This document shows, one piece after another, positions 1-15,100 of a stretch of 64,000 nucleotides of DNA (position 1 is the first letter of the stretch; each line of letters begins with the position of its first letter). The notes under the pieces are model-generated. The model ran no database searches. It was not told the DNA's origin and saw only the letters and a program-made list of their open reading frames with translations. Made by a program: the position numbers and the translations under genes. The stretch covers positions 66,278,001 through 66,342,000 of the forward strand of contig OZ260663.1 in the NCBI GenBank assembly GCA_965285935.1, in the 5' to 3' direction. The DNA is from Ophelia neglecta. Lineage: Eukaryota.

Positions 1-35
1 AAAATTCAATTAAAAGGCTCTAACACGATATTTAC

Positions 36-191
36 CTACGCAGGTCAAGCCATCTCCACTTTCTTCGAATCCATCAGGGCAAGAACACGTATAAGGTACT
101 CCATCAAAGGAACGAAGATTGTACACCTGGTCATTACAAGTAGCAAATGGATCGCACGTTGACAGGTTTAAAGCACATTCGTCTACTTTAT
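36..191 (-). CDS. Gene A exon 77: calcium-binding EGF-like domain
   Basis: Translates DKVDECALNLSTCDPFATCNDQVYNLRSFDGVPYTCSCPDGFEESGDGLTCV. It has six Cys in EGF spacing, a D-x-x-D-E-C start and a YTCSCPDGF motif, and is a symmetric phase 1-1 exon (ttcag acceptor, GTAAAT donor). Confidence 0.9.
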
Positions 192-3100
192 CTGAAGTTA
201 AAAAACAATTCAAACATTTTTTGTTACTGCTATTAAATTTATGTAGTAGGTAGCAGCGCAATGGCCGGTCTTATACTTTCTGCACCTCCTGATTGTTCCG
301 ACACACGTTTGCAATAAAAAAAATTTAAAACATTAGCGTTTATGCTTAATGGTACGAACATGATAGTGTAATGCCCAACGTACCTCCACAATCAAATATG
401 GTTCGATACAACGCCATATTGTTGCCTTCATTCACCTCAGTCACTGAGTTTCTGCAGTCGATTAAAACCCCAATATAAGGATGGGTCCAGCAGTATTTGG
501 CCGTGTCTTTTGTTAGTGGTATAATCAAATTGGAACCATTAAGTTGGATAACAACCGTAACTGCAGCCGGCAGTGGTTGCTGGAAAACCGACATTTGTTT
601 CAAGTAAATAACCTAGTGAAAACGCAGTTTAACTTTTACTGCACACTATGGCACGGGAACAGTAAGCGTACATTAACCTAAACTATCCGGTAATGCTTCG
701 AACGCAGTTAGATGTGACAGAATATTGCCCAAATTTATACTTCTTTGCACGTATCATTATACAATGTACATTGCCATACTGCGGTCTTAATTAATAAACT
801 ATCACGACATTCATTCGTTTCAATAATCATGTACCTCACCTGCAGCAAAAGCAGTTGTTGATTATCGTAATTTCCAGCTGGAAACAAAGCATCTATTCCG
901 GGATTGTAAAACTCATCTTCGGATATGAAAAAACAGAAATCGAAATGAACATCAGTTCCACTCTGACTGGGAAAGAAGTACCCCCCAGTGACCGTAGCAG
1001 CCACTTCCAAGACAAAATTAGTGGCGGTTGCAGGAACGATGATGTCTAGGTCTAAGTTAGTGATCTCAAACTTCAGTACTGTCAGATCAGTCATACCTGT
1101 AAAACAAAATATCGTAAATTCGACATCTCTTTCAGCTGATCGTTACTGAACGCCTGGGAGTTGTTAACATATAAGAGGCTTACTTGTACAGTGTAAACTG
1201 TCAAAGTTAAGATCCGACGCAACTGCATTGTTGTTTTGTTCATTAGACTCAACAACATCGTTCAATGGGTCAAATTCAGCAATCATCGATATCCTCCCAT
1301 CGAAGTTACAGAGAAACAAAAAGTCTTCAGGTGTTATGGAAATATTTCCCGAAGCTGCAATTAAAATAAACCGTGTGCGGGTGCACATGCTATATCTCAT
1401 AATGAAATATGTAGATAATGCAAGACGGAAGGATTAATTGTGTGTTTAGAAATACCGTATGCTGTTAGTACCTGTAATTGCGCAAGGACTATTGCAAGGA
1501 GATGAAACATCGACGGACAGAAGACTGCCTACGGGCACCTTCAACGGTCCAGCCGCCAATGAAACCTCATATAGATACGAATGGGCGCCTAAAAGAAAAA
1601 GCAAGTTAATACCCGACAGACAAGGCAACAACTTTAAACAATAATTGTCCATTAAATCAGTCCAAAAACATCCGAACAACTGCCACAGGATCACACGCAT
1701 TAATACATGAATCGCCAGTGGCAAAACAATAATCAACTTATAATTAAACTAATATAAAAAAAACATATAAAATTAATATTACTAGTAGAAAATCGAATAT
1801 TTTTCTATGAATTTCGATAACAAAGCGTGAATTTGATGCTTATTTGTCATGTTTGTGCTATTTCGCAACTATGGGTTCAATGTTAGTAAAGCATACCAGA
1901 ATCCTCAAGCAAATGCCCATTCACGCTGAAGTCTACAGTTCCAAATTCAAGTGTATTACCAGACAAAACGGTCAACTCGTTAGCTTCTAAGTCATTGTTA
2001 TCTGGACGTATGAAGATAAAACTTGTCTAAACAGTTCACCAAGAGCATGAAGTCATAGTCTTTTGTCAAGAATAGTGTCAATTGTATAGCTGGACAACTC
2101 GGAACAAAACAGTGTTACGACTGAATCAACCTAAACGAACTTGGAACTTAACAAGCGTTTCCTTACTTTTTAACATATGTCATTGAAAAATAAACTCACT
2201 TCCCAAGCAGTGTATGCTTATCTCCGTAATAAATATGTTATTATCGATGATGAGTTCTGTTACATTAGCCAGACTAGGGTGGTTAGCCTTTCTTATTTTT
2301 AATATTAAATCAGCTTTGTCGGGACCCAATGGCAGTGGCTGAAGATATGCATCACATGCACTAACAAGGTGAACAACTCCTGACAACCTGTTTGAAGTGG
2401 ACGAAAATAAATCAACATATTTGTGTCGTTGTCATTTGTTAAACGCAGGAAAAACAATGAAAGCTATGTGCTCCCTTTTCTGTGCTTACCCGTGGATGCG
2501 AATTTTTTCATTTGCTAATATGGTGTTTCTTAATGTATCATCTTCTCCCAAAGCAAACGACCATTCTGCAGGAGTCACATCGTGCTCTAAATGCATTCCC
2601 TTTCTTCGCACAAACAACTGTCCAGAAACACAGCAGATATACATAACAGTGAATATGTATTACACATAGCAATCTGATGAATCGTGATTATACATAGTTG
2701 GTTGTACCTTTATTTCGAACATGTTGTGTATGCCATCAGAAATCAGATCATCACCGAAGACATTCTCGACATCAAATGATAAAAGAATTGGGCCAGGGTT
2801 ATATTCATATGTCGTGGTAGAAACGTCCACGTCATTCAGTTGGAATACGTCTGCCAAAACCAAATTGAATACATGTATGTGTTTATTTTGCGATTTGGCT
2901 AATTGTGAATATATAACGGGGAATAAGGTCATGTTTACAAATAAAACACTTGTGTAACCCTACCATATTTGCATTGAACCGTAACAGGGATTGCATATCC
3001 ATTGTTGTATTCTGACAATTCTTCCACGCTGTTCATGTCATCAATAACCGCTAACAGGAACACAAGTCCACAAAAATCAGGTGCAACATATGCCGGTATA

Positions 3101-6100
3101 GTCAATTTTTCGACTAGTGAATATAACGTACGTTCTATCACAGTGTTCGTTATATCCGTAAGATCAAGGGCACTAAGCTGATCGTTTCCAGAAAATTCCA
3201 GACTTAAATCCATGGAATCAAACATAGCATTTTTTGATAGATAGAATTGAACGGTAAATGCACTGAGCTGAGCTTTTCCTGCCATTGTAATGGAAACCAC
3301 AAATGAGAAATGATGTTGCGATCCAATCGCCAGTGTTATACTGGTTGGGGACAAAATTAATTTTTTAGCAGAAAAGTCAACGAAATCAATGCTGCATTTA
3401 ATTATGTTTGATACATCCTGATAACGGATGTTATTCTCGTAGATCTTCTCCTTCGTAATAATATGTACACCTTTGTGTATTTCCATAAGCATATATTTAA
3501 GAGTACATGCACTGAGAGGGAGGCGGATTTTCATCCAACCTACGACATCAATTTTTTGTCCTACTTCGGCAGGACCCAACAAAGCCTTTGAAATGCTGTC
3601 TGATATATCAAAAATTGTGATCCTAGTGTCGAGGTCCAGGTCTAGTTTGTTGTCATCTGACAAATACACACATATGAAGAAATTACGTCTTCCATCTGCT
3701 GAGGCTGGTATGTTTTCTCCAAAATTCCAAAATGAGAAATGAACTTCAATTTCTACTTCGACGTCGCTGTAGATAATCGTAACTGGGTCCTTTGGAGCCA
3801 CCATTAAATCAGAAACTGCGAGGAAGTCTCCGTCACAAATCATTAGGTATTGGAAGGCTCTTATGTTGTCCCTTGTATCCGGGTCAACGGAGGTGATGTT
3901 TTTTAGATCCTCTAATTCAACAATAAGATACACGTAGCCACAATAAAATGCTAGGTCCGGATTGTCGGCAACATCTATTCTAAGATTTGCACCATTTATT
4001 GTTATTTCATACGGAGAAGATTGAGAAATACTGATTCCTCTCCTAAGTATAAATTTCTGTTCGGCACTTAACACTATAGGGATCATAGAGTCGTCGGGAG
4101 TTCGGGAGTTATCCAGACTGAGGTACAATTTGAACATCATGCTGTAATCACCAAGATCGGATGGAGATGCCGCAGGGATTGAACCTAGATCGGGTGATAC
4201 CTAACAGTTTAATATTTGGACTATCCCTTAAATGTTAAATCGACTACCTAAGCGCTTGCTAATTATAAATTTCTCATCTACAATGTGTTTGTTCTATGGA
4301 CCTACCACTTGATGTTTTTGTCATCCCTATCTTTAGTTGAAAGTCCACCCACTGATCCGCCTTCAGGTCGGTGGTTGCAGTGCCTTCGTCCTCCAGTCTG
4401 AAGCTACTGACGAACAGGTTTACTTGTTCTAGAACAGATTGGTTACATTTGTACCAAACAGACAGCAATGATTAAGTGATTGTATGAAACGAAAGTTTCA
4501 GCTTGGCAGGTTATATAACATAACTTTCGTTCTATATGGATGTTATCTATATTTACCTTCTTGACAGCGGATTCGATCTTTCAGTGAGAACGAGGCAATG
4601 TCGTTATCTATATATTGGGAGTTCAGTGGCTCGACGGGGACCAAAATGATGAACAATGTTGGCGTATGGCTCATTGCCTGGTTACACACATCCATTGAGG
4701 AAATGTCTATTACTCCTATTAAATATCATTCGATGAAATGTTATTAAATGCGGTTTCTTTGAAGCATTACATACTTTGTCAAGACTTTTTGTGTTTTGTT
4801 TACATAACGGTTAGATATGGGATAGAAAATTGTTTTAAGGGTAAATTCGAACCGGTTAATAGAGGTGTTTGAACTGTCTGTCTGGCTGGAACTTCATCAG
4901 TGAATACAAAGGGCGTTCCATCCATTTTGACAACTGCAGCGCTGTCACTTGCATCTAAATGGTCATCAACAGAGAAGGCAACCTTCATTTCGAAAAGTCC
5001 TGCTGGGATACTTGGAAATCTCTTGCCACCAACATTTACCACAGATGCTATAAAACTTAGTGTTATGGGCATCATTGGCCAAAATGTCTCCGGTTCAGAC
5101 ATTATTGTCACGTCTTGTAGCGCTAGTAAATCATCTAAAAAGAAAATTTTAAAAGTTTTATTATGGATTTGATCATAAAGTCATACCATAAGAAAAAAGC
5201 TTCCTATGTGGCATGAAATCCAATAAGGTTTTAGTATTATATGAATATATTAACCAGGGCAGCTAATGTGTATGAGTCTTTCCAGAGCATTGTTTTGTTC
5301 ATATATGTCAAATCCGGTGATGTAATCAGCCATTATCTCCACTAGCCTGAAACATAATAGCAAATGTTTATCATTCTAAGACGAATCTATCCAAAACAGT
5401 ACATGTGTAAGTCGAATGCACAATATGAAATATTTAAATCAAAATGGTAGAAATGACATTATTTTACCATATTTTGTCACAATATTTTACGCCCTTTGGA
5501 ATAGAGACAACATAGCCAACTATATATTCTTGGAAGACTGCTTCTCCCACGCCCGTGCCAGTAAGACCTTCCACTGGATTTATATTTAACCAGGCCAGTT
5601 CCATGTGAAAATCTGTAGGAAATACAAACAGCACAGATAAGTTGACTATTATGCAAAATTTGAAAATAAGATATAAAGAGCGAAAGTGTTTGCCCATGCC
5701 TTTGGTGTTATTTACGTGGCAGTTAGCCTATGTGACCGCGGATAGATACTTATTGACACAGAATGGATAGCATCATATCATCATGTCAAACATTAATCAT
5801 TTCATTTTGTTTTTATTGACTCTTTCTGGTACTAATGTCCATAAACTTTGACTCTTGCAAGTCATTTTTGATCCCGTTCCCATTAACTGGGTCTGATTTT
5901 AATTCTTAATGACTGATACCTCATATTAAGAGTGCTGTACTAGTTTGTGTTCGTTGTCTCAGTTTTCCGATTCAAACATTGTCACAAAATGGCAACCCAA
6001 AAAATAGGTCAACACTGTCTAAACCTTTAGTGTGACCTTCTAACTCAATTTGATAGCCTTCATCTGATTGTTTTCACTTACATGGTAAACCAAAATCAAG

Positions 6101-9100
6101 GTTGTGAAAATCGCTTAATATGTGGCTTTGTTTGGAAAAAGGTAGAATTTCCTAAAATAAAATGTATTACATCTATACCAGACGAGTCTTATTTCGTTAA
6201 ACAGCTATGAAATACAGGATTTGATCGAATATGTTAGCAAATAATCATGTTTTATAATTACCTTCCTCTGAAGTACCAAACTTGACATGTATCTGTATGT
6301 TATCGGGAAAGAGTGGTGTAGACAAAACAACAGTCCCAATAACAACTGCTTCAATAATAAAAGACACATTCAGGGTATCCCCTGACAACACTGTATCCGG
6401 AAGAGTCTCATCTACCAACCTAATGTCAACCCCATTGATGTCTACATAAAATGTTAAAGTAGTAGCACGAATAAGAATAAACATTAACCAGTCAATCGTA
6501 TTTAAGTCGCATTTTAACTTTCTACTTTCGCCTAATCGGTATGAATTTTATAACATCAATTTACCTGAACAACCTGTGACAACACCAGTCACAGCTGCAA
6601 CATTGTTGCTCTCGTCAACTTCAACCAGTTTTTGGAACCAGTTTACATAAACTGATACCGACACATTTTTATTACAGTGCTTTATCAGTTGATTCCGGTC
6701 AAACACCATATTGGGATCCGATAGTTCTATGTCAAGTCCGTTTATTGGCATTTCAACCAACTTAACTGCCTGAGATGCAGGTAGGTTATAAGTAATATCA
6801 CAGCCTTTGTCTGGAGGTGCAGCATCTATAAATGCATTGACACTACATTTTATAACTCAAATAGAATATTTAATCAATTTTAATCATAAATGATTATAAA
6901 CCAAACAAGAAATATAAATGCTTATCTAATAGAGTGTATGCAACCATAGATAGCATTGAGACGAACAAGTATTAACTATTATTTTACGACATTGGATATG
7001 AGTTTAGGCACCCGATATAAAGAACGCCAGGCCAAATTTCGGTAGATTCTTCGGATAAGTTGGCCACACTGATCCTGCCCAGCTGATATTCATGTTCATG
7101 GGCAGCGTAGGAGTTTTGGATGCGTTGAAAATAATTCCGGAATCCTTGGCATCCAAAAGGAACGATCTAATTAGCAGATCCACGTGAACTGTCGAATTGT
7201 TAATCAGATAAGATACAGACTATGTTAATTCCTTAACATAAAACATCATTTTACAATAACTTGCAATAATTCATTTATTTCCACTGTTGCCTTGCACGCA
7301 ATGCCGAGACCAGGCTCGTGTGAGTTTGTTTGAAAGATGTTTAATGTTTCTTAATCTTCTCAACTTACAATCAGGGCATTTAAGTTTGAATGCTACAATG
7401 CGCACGTTATTATCAGTGATGGTCCAGTTTAGTGATTCTGCTTGTTGGCTGTCTCCTTTTACCATTTCTAATCCCATGTAGGCGATCTTAGCACAATCGT
7501 TTGATCCGTCCACAGCAAAGTGCCCTGATATATTTATTTGCACTTTGTTGTCTGTAAGAGCATTATAAAACAGGAAATCATTTTAGGAAACTGTATGATA
7601 TTATATATTTGAATATCCTATGTTATATTAGGGCAATGCTCAGGTTGCTACATCAGTATAAAAAACGGGAGTGGATACATACTTTGCGAAAATACACTTA
7701 TATGGTAGGTATGTTTCTGACCTGAAGCTACGGAGAAATCTGTTTGTAAAGCATCTGCAGGGGCTATAAATGTGTTATCATCGTAGTCGCCCAAAACTTC
7801 AGAAGTCCAAAATGCGTCAATTTCTGATGGATTAACGGTTCCAATTTCTTGTTGGTCTTTGGTAAAAGTCTTAAATAGAATAAGAACATTATCTTAACCA
7901 TCAGCACTATATCTTAATAATTCTTAATTAGTCAACTCATTTGTCAAAACCTCAATAAAACAAACCTTTATTTTGAAGTAAAAGTGCACCGGTAAAGAAA
8001 TGGAGCCGTGTGATGCTACAATAGGGCAAGAATCGGCAATGCACGTTACTTCTGCAGCGAACTTTATCAGCGCGGTCTCTCCGGATTGTATCCCGGCGGA
8101 AGGTAATATGATCTCCAAAGAAGATATCTCAAATGCGTCTGCCAATGAACAAATCGTATTTTATCATTCACAATTGAAATAAACATGTATTATTAATATG
8201 TCGCTATTGTGTTTTAACGCATGGTGCCATGAAAAGTATTTCATTAAAAGGCAGATTGTAATGTTTACCGTCTTGGCAGACAACATAGACAGGAGTGGCG
8301 TGAACATTGTTCACTTCATTTGTTTCTTTTATTATATTTGTTGAGTCCAGTTGTACAATGACGTATGTGTGTCCACAGAACCGTTGCTTCAAATTGTTTG
8401 GAATGTCCAGCGTCTCAGTTATTGTGCCACCAATTCCCAGGATTACCATGGAAACATCATGAGGGATAATGATGTCCAACTCATCGATTTCTTCATCAAC
8501 TGACAGCCAAAGCAAGAACTCAGAGGAATCTAGGAATAGATTTATCAAAATAATATTAATCAACTCATGCATGTCTCGATGAGATAAGTGTTCCTTAATT
8601 TAAACAAAACTGTGGAATGACATATGCGATCAAGGTATCTGTTTAATTTTAACAATCTATTATAAACGTTAATAGAACGTGCCTATGACTTCAGACGTAA
8701 CGACAGTTACGTCCAAGGTAAAGTCTGTACTTGCACCAAGATTCAATGGTCCAGCAAAGAAAAAGTCACCAACTAACATATCTGTGCTTTCTGAAATAAT
8801 TAAAAAGCATATCATCTAAACGGTGAAAGTGTACATCATCTTTCCAGGAATAAAAAGCATCTGCTTGATTTATTAGGATATTTTGTAATAGAGTTTCTCA
8901 TTATCAGTACATATACGTTATCATTTCATATACTCGCACATATAATTTATATAGTTTCCAGATAAGCTCCTCAATTGTCTTTTAGGTATATTGTTACAAA
9001 AATACCATGCTATGATACACATAACACGTTACTAAACATGTTTACCATGCTATGATACACATAACACGTTACGAAACATGTTTTCCATACCTGTACAAAT

Positions 9101-12100
9101 AACATGTAATGGTAAAGCCCAGAAGTTATTGTCCGTTAAATTGTCTTTTACACTGGGCTGCGTAACCAAAGCTCCTACGACGATGAAATGAGATTCTGAA
9201 CATCGGTCGCTAGGTATATACACATCCATCTTTACGTCACGCAGCATTTGACTTTGGGACATTGGCAAGCCATTTCTCAAAATAATGTCTGTTTCTGAAG
9301 AATAAAACGAGAGTGGATACCCGGCAGACAAAACCTAATCATCGATCAAGAATGGTCCATTAAATATATCCAAAATCATCAGGAACCAGCAGCCACAGCA
9401 CCACACACGTCATTAAATCAATCTCCAGAACCCAAACAATTAAACATGTAATAAAATAAAACTTTCGGAAAAACTGAATAATGTCACTTACACTAAGAAG
9501 TCAACAGTAAATGATGACCCGTGGAAGAATAAGTTATTATCGTCGCAACATCCATCTTTTGATGACTTAAAAAACTCAAACATCATCATAACACAATCGT
9601 TAAGCAAATACAATAATATGCAAAAAAAATGTATACCAGATGACAGGTGAACATCGACAACAATGTCCTGCGATTGTTGCCAAACATTATCCTCAGATAC
9701 CACTGCTATCAAACTAACACCAGAAGATCCAGAGCTGGGGGGTATGTCCTGATTGCCAGTGTTCAGTATTGATATATCTGTTGTCAGCGTGGTAGTATTG
9801 TTCTGCCATACGGTGTTTTCAGAATTGATATTAACTGCTGTTATAGCTAAAACGTCTACGATGAAAAGAAGAAGAGTGCCGTGAACCCAGTGATCGTGTG
9901 TGTATTATATATTCTTTTGCTAAAAATGCAATGTAGTTTAGACCTTTAAGCCTAAAAAATTATTTTTGCTTACCTCCGGGGCAATCTATATAAACCTGTG
10001 TAGCTTTTAAGTTATTCTCCTTTGAAGATTCTACGATGGCGTCAACGAATCTAACCATTATGATGATATAGGATGTTCCACATAGGTAGCTCCGTATATA
10101 AACACCTGATATTAAGAAAAATAACATCACCTGTAAGTAAAGATGAAACTCGTGGAAGATGTATGTTATCTGCCGTTGCTGATAGTTTTGATCAAACCTT
10201 GTAAATCCTCGATGACTATTGGGGAGCCTGGTTGAATACCACGACGAAGGACTGCACTCGTGTAGGAGTTCATGACATAATCCAAGTCGATGTCGTCAGC
10301 AGAAAACACAGAATCACGTGACCAAAGCATGGACACATGGAACGGAGATATGAAGGGACCAGTATTCATTGGCTGGATTGATGTTCCTTGAATGTCGAGT
10401 GTGAATGCAAATTTGTTCACTTCTGGGGAAATGATATCACCACCAAGCATACGAAAGTCTGTCACTTGAAGATCAATCCCGGCATCTAATCATAAAATAC
10501 CTTTTGTCAGGATAAATATTTGGTGAGCGTATTCACGCATATATAACGAATAATTATAAATGATTTTTAAAACGAACTTTACTTTTAGTACCCGAATCAT
10601 ACATTGAAATCCCGACTGTGTTATTAGTTCATGTCTGTAATTTAGCTGGTGATTTCAGCTTCGAAAGAGTTATCACATATAGCATGATCAGCAACTAACC
10701 TGAAACACACTGGTATTGCCACGTTATGACATTGTTTGAGTTCACACTGTCAGTTTCAGATGACAAACTGGACCCAAGAGTCAGCGTCAATTTGAAAGTA
10801 TTATCGGTTACTTGGTGACATAAAATGGCTGGCACCTGTGTAAACGTAATGGACACTAATAATTCGAGTCTGGTGTTTATATTTTACTTTATCAAACAAA
10901 TTTGTTGTGTGGATAGTTTTTCATCGGACAAACTTTATCAATACGACTATTAGCAAGCGACGATATTCTTAATCAGTTTCCATTACGACTAAGGTTAAAA
11001 TGTTCAACTGGAAAAAAGAGTACCATGAAGCTGAAGTGGAAGGCTCATGATACATTTGGAACAAATTGTGGCAGGCTGATCCTAGAACAATGGTGTTCTT
11101 TTATCTGCTTTATATATATATATATATTTTATTATATATATATATATATATACAGTAAAATTGTCTGGCGGATGAATGAAACATATTACCGTTATAAGTC
11201 CCTGGAATTGTATTTCTTTCCATTGTCCATTGTACGAGAAACCCTCGCCTACGCCGGGGGAAATTGAGCTCTCTGGTCTCGAATCCCAGTCCTTGTCAAT
11301 AACTGCCACAACATGTTCTGACACCGCGTCTGACGTTGGTAAAAATGTCAAAGAAAGAACATAGTTCTCCAATGCGGGTTGAACTTGGCACAACTCTCTT
11401 AAACAGGAAATGTTGACGGCAACAGTGAAACTCATTTCCTTATCTGCAATCACTTGGTTATCCGCTGTCCAAAATCGTATGTCTGATATGCCGAACAGAT
11501 CTAAAGGAAACGATATATCGTCTAGAATAACACACATATCTGTTTAAGCATTATTATTTACCAAAAGGGCTTAACCAATATTAGTATTAGAATACGCTGA
11601 AATTACAATATCTTCAACTGATATCATTATTGAATATCAGACTGGATGTAGTTTTGGTGTAAGTATTACCTTCTGAACATGCGAGATAAGAATCCCTTAA
11701 TGCCACCTGGTCCAATCTACGTGGTCCAAGAAGATCATGGTTGGCATCGATGACGACGATAAAGTATACCTTGCCACAAAATTGTTGATCATCTGATATG
11801 TCCAGTCCCACTTGCCTACTAAGGTCTATTTGTTTTGCCGTGCTAATTTCTAGATACAAGGAGATACTTAATTTGCAACATTCAATATTGTTCACGACTC
11901 TTCTAAACGAATATATATAACAAAAAAAGATTAGTAACTTATATGTTCCGATAACATTTACATCGACATTTTTCCAATAATATTTGGAGACGTCGTGCTA
12001 TTTTCAAAGCCTATTACCCTGGAGTAGAAATATGTCCTTAAACAAGAAGCTATCCGTGATACTAAAATGAGGATTGTGGGAGATATAAATCCTGACGACG

Positions 12101-15100
12101 AAGTCTCCTGGGTGTAAATGTGGATGCACTGTGAGTATGAGAACCATATCCAAAGTTCCTGGAGCTTTTATCTCCGATGGGATGTGAAATTGATCTAATC
12201 TCAACATTGGCAGCCCTAAAAAGTAAGTTTTCTAAATCAAAATTTAGGTTTTGTATTTAAATATATTAGGTGTGGCAAATGCTAAACCCGAGATATTTGC
12301 CTACCGGATCTTGGCCTGCAGTCACGATTTCCAGGAGACCAAGGGACCATGACAAAATGGTTTAACACGGTGTCAGATGAAGCTGTGATGGAAGTCAAAT
12401 GAAGAGTGATTATTCTTTATACGACCCACTTTGAATGATGATGAATCGAAGATGATCATATTGATGATATTCTTGCGTTGACAGACTGTCAATAATTTTG
12501 GCACACACCTGGGACCAAATTAATCATAAAATATTGTGCAGTCCGGCAAATTTCGGAAGTGAATAGATTGCGATCTGTTGTACTTGTGACGCCGGAAAGA
12601 GTGACTTCCTGTAGTCTCCTAATAGGACCATAGTAATTGAAGGGATATATCATGTCAGCACTGATTACATCGCTTTGTATGTCCCCACCGGGGAGTAAAT
12701 ATGCTGCTCTCACCTGTATTCACCACAACAAGAAATACTATTTATTGGTTATATTCATGAATGCGTAATAATATAAGGTCAATAGTTACTTCACTGTTAC
12801 ATAAAAAGCCGTTTGTTTCACATTTTGTGGGCATATTTGCTTCCTATTTTGGAACACGTGTCTAACTTGCCCCACTTTAAAATATGGACACTTTAGGCGA
12901 GAATTTAAGAAACACCTGTATGACGTCAGCACGGCTGTGAATTAAGCTCCGTCGTAAGAGGACAGCACAGAAAAAGTAATTTTCCGAAAATCAAGATGGC
13001 TTAAAATTTTGAAATCATGTCCCAGTAAGAAGTATCTATATAGGCCACATAGTGAATCATGCGGCATTGCATTGTCAATAAGGCAACAAAACTCTGTTAT
13101 AGGCGCTAACTAAAACACTATTTTTTCCCATCACCTATTACCTGCAATACATAGTTAGGAGATGCAAATGTCTGCGGTGGTAGGTCTTCTGGTCCAAAGT
13201 TCATAACGGTGATGTCAAATTTGAAATGATTGATTTCATCTGCATAAACTACTTCATTCAAATCGACTTTCAGATCTTTCAAGGCAAAGACATCTAAAAG
13301 AAATATATTATGCAACATTTCAATGTATTCGTTATGTGTCCAATGGCTATCAAAAAATGGAACAATATAACACGCTAAACACTATGCTTCGGCTATGAAA
13401 CAATTGAACGATATACCATTTAAATTTTGTGATAATTGGTTTGAAATTATGGTCGGTGCGTTACGTATAGATACATTTAGTCATTCATATTAAATTTTTT
13501 AACTTCAGAAAGGGCCGTTTGCTTTTAAATAAACTAACATTGTCGAAAAGCACACTGCATATAAATAAGAGAAGACCTTTCTGAGATGATGCGATGGGGT
13601 AATTTAAAATTTCCTTTGAACTTTGTTATTGGACTTTCTAGTACACCTACCTTCAGCGCATACAATATGTACTTTAAATGCAGCAATGTTGTTCGTTTCG
13701 TCGGTTTCTGCTACGTAATTATCTGGTGATGGACATTGCGAACATAAGGTATGCATGTGATGATTATCTGGCAAACATATTAAGACCATAAGGGTTATTA
13801 TTGTTAGAGAGTTAAGAGTTGAATTTGGTCCAAGGTTAATTGGTCCAATCTCATCAGGGATCTCTATTTATAACGTAGCATTTACGGATTACTTGAATCG
13901 ATCTCATGTGGTTAAAACTTACCTGCATCTATGTAGGTGATCAAGTAAGCCAATCCACAATATTGGGACTCAATAGTGTTCGGAATCATTAAAAAGTCAC
14001 CACCTAGGTTAATTGTGTTGTGTCCAATGTTTAAATGTCGGTCTAGCTCTAACTTGGCTCTTCCAAACATGAATCCTACATATGGTATCTGTAGGAACAG
14101 CAAGGGTGTATCAAGAATTGACACACTAAATGGTAAAATATGATGTGCATTATTCCAGATAGGGCTTATTAAAAGTTTACCTTGTAGTCCAGTGGATCCA
14201 GTACAGAGTCATTAGACAAGAACAGCTTCGCCGAGAATGACAATGACTTGGCAACTGTTTCACTCCCTATTTCCACTTTTACGTTTAACTCAAATGATTC
14301 GTATTCACCCACTACATACACACCGTCTCCGTATTCCGTCACAGAGGGCTCCAAATCCACGGTATCTTCAACATAACCGAATTAAAATCAAAATTGCTCT
14401 TTAAATGGGTTGAATTATATGGTCAATTACCCAGGTGTTACTATGTGCAAGCTTGTAATTTGTAAATTATATGCATTCAAGACCGATTTGGTCTCTAAAC
14501 TCATTGTCTACACTATATGTACAGGGAGTGATATCAAAAGGAACGTAGCACCAACACGCAGTGAAGTAATGGATAAATTAATAACTTGTTTATGGTAAAC
14601 ATCGGTACTTATATCTAACCATTGGTGCAATCCAGAAGATCTGCTACCGCCATACAAGTAAAATCATTGCTTATGTCTGTGTCTCTTATTGGAGGTCTCA
14701 TATCAACATTTTCTTCATAGCTGAGACAAATATGAGTCCCGACGGCACAAACTGCACTGGGAATGCTCACGACCATATTTCCGCCAATGGGAATACTTGT
14801 CGCGTTTTCTATGATGCTCGTGCTTGCTAAAATTTACAAAAAACAACAAATTAATCTGAGGCGTATAGTATTTTTACCATCAGGCATCTGAAAGATGCTT
14901 TTGAAGGAAATATAATTATGCAATTATCGGGGTTGTTTACCAAAGCAAAGTGAAGAATATTTTCAGGCAAAGAATCGATATACCCACCAATGACAGTACT
15001 CGAGTTGAGAGTTATGCCAGACGACGAGGTGAGCAAAAAAGGATATCCTCCATTAAAAGCTCCCGTTGGAGTGACGTCACTCTGATCACTAAGGTAGAGT

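Noticed and set aside
4185-4202. Possible frameshift in gene A between exons 67 and 68
   Set aside because: The TAG at 4201 is out of phase, but a second TAG at 4185 restores the frame, so no lesion is needed.
12830-13070. GC-richer intronic patch with TGACGTCA and CAAGATGGC as an enhancer or transposon
   Set aside because: No TIR, TSD or second copy visible, and short motifs alone are insufficient.
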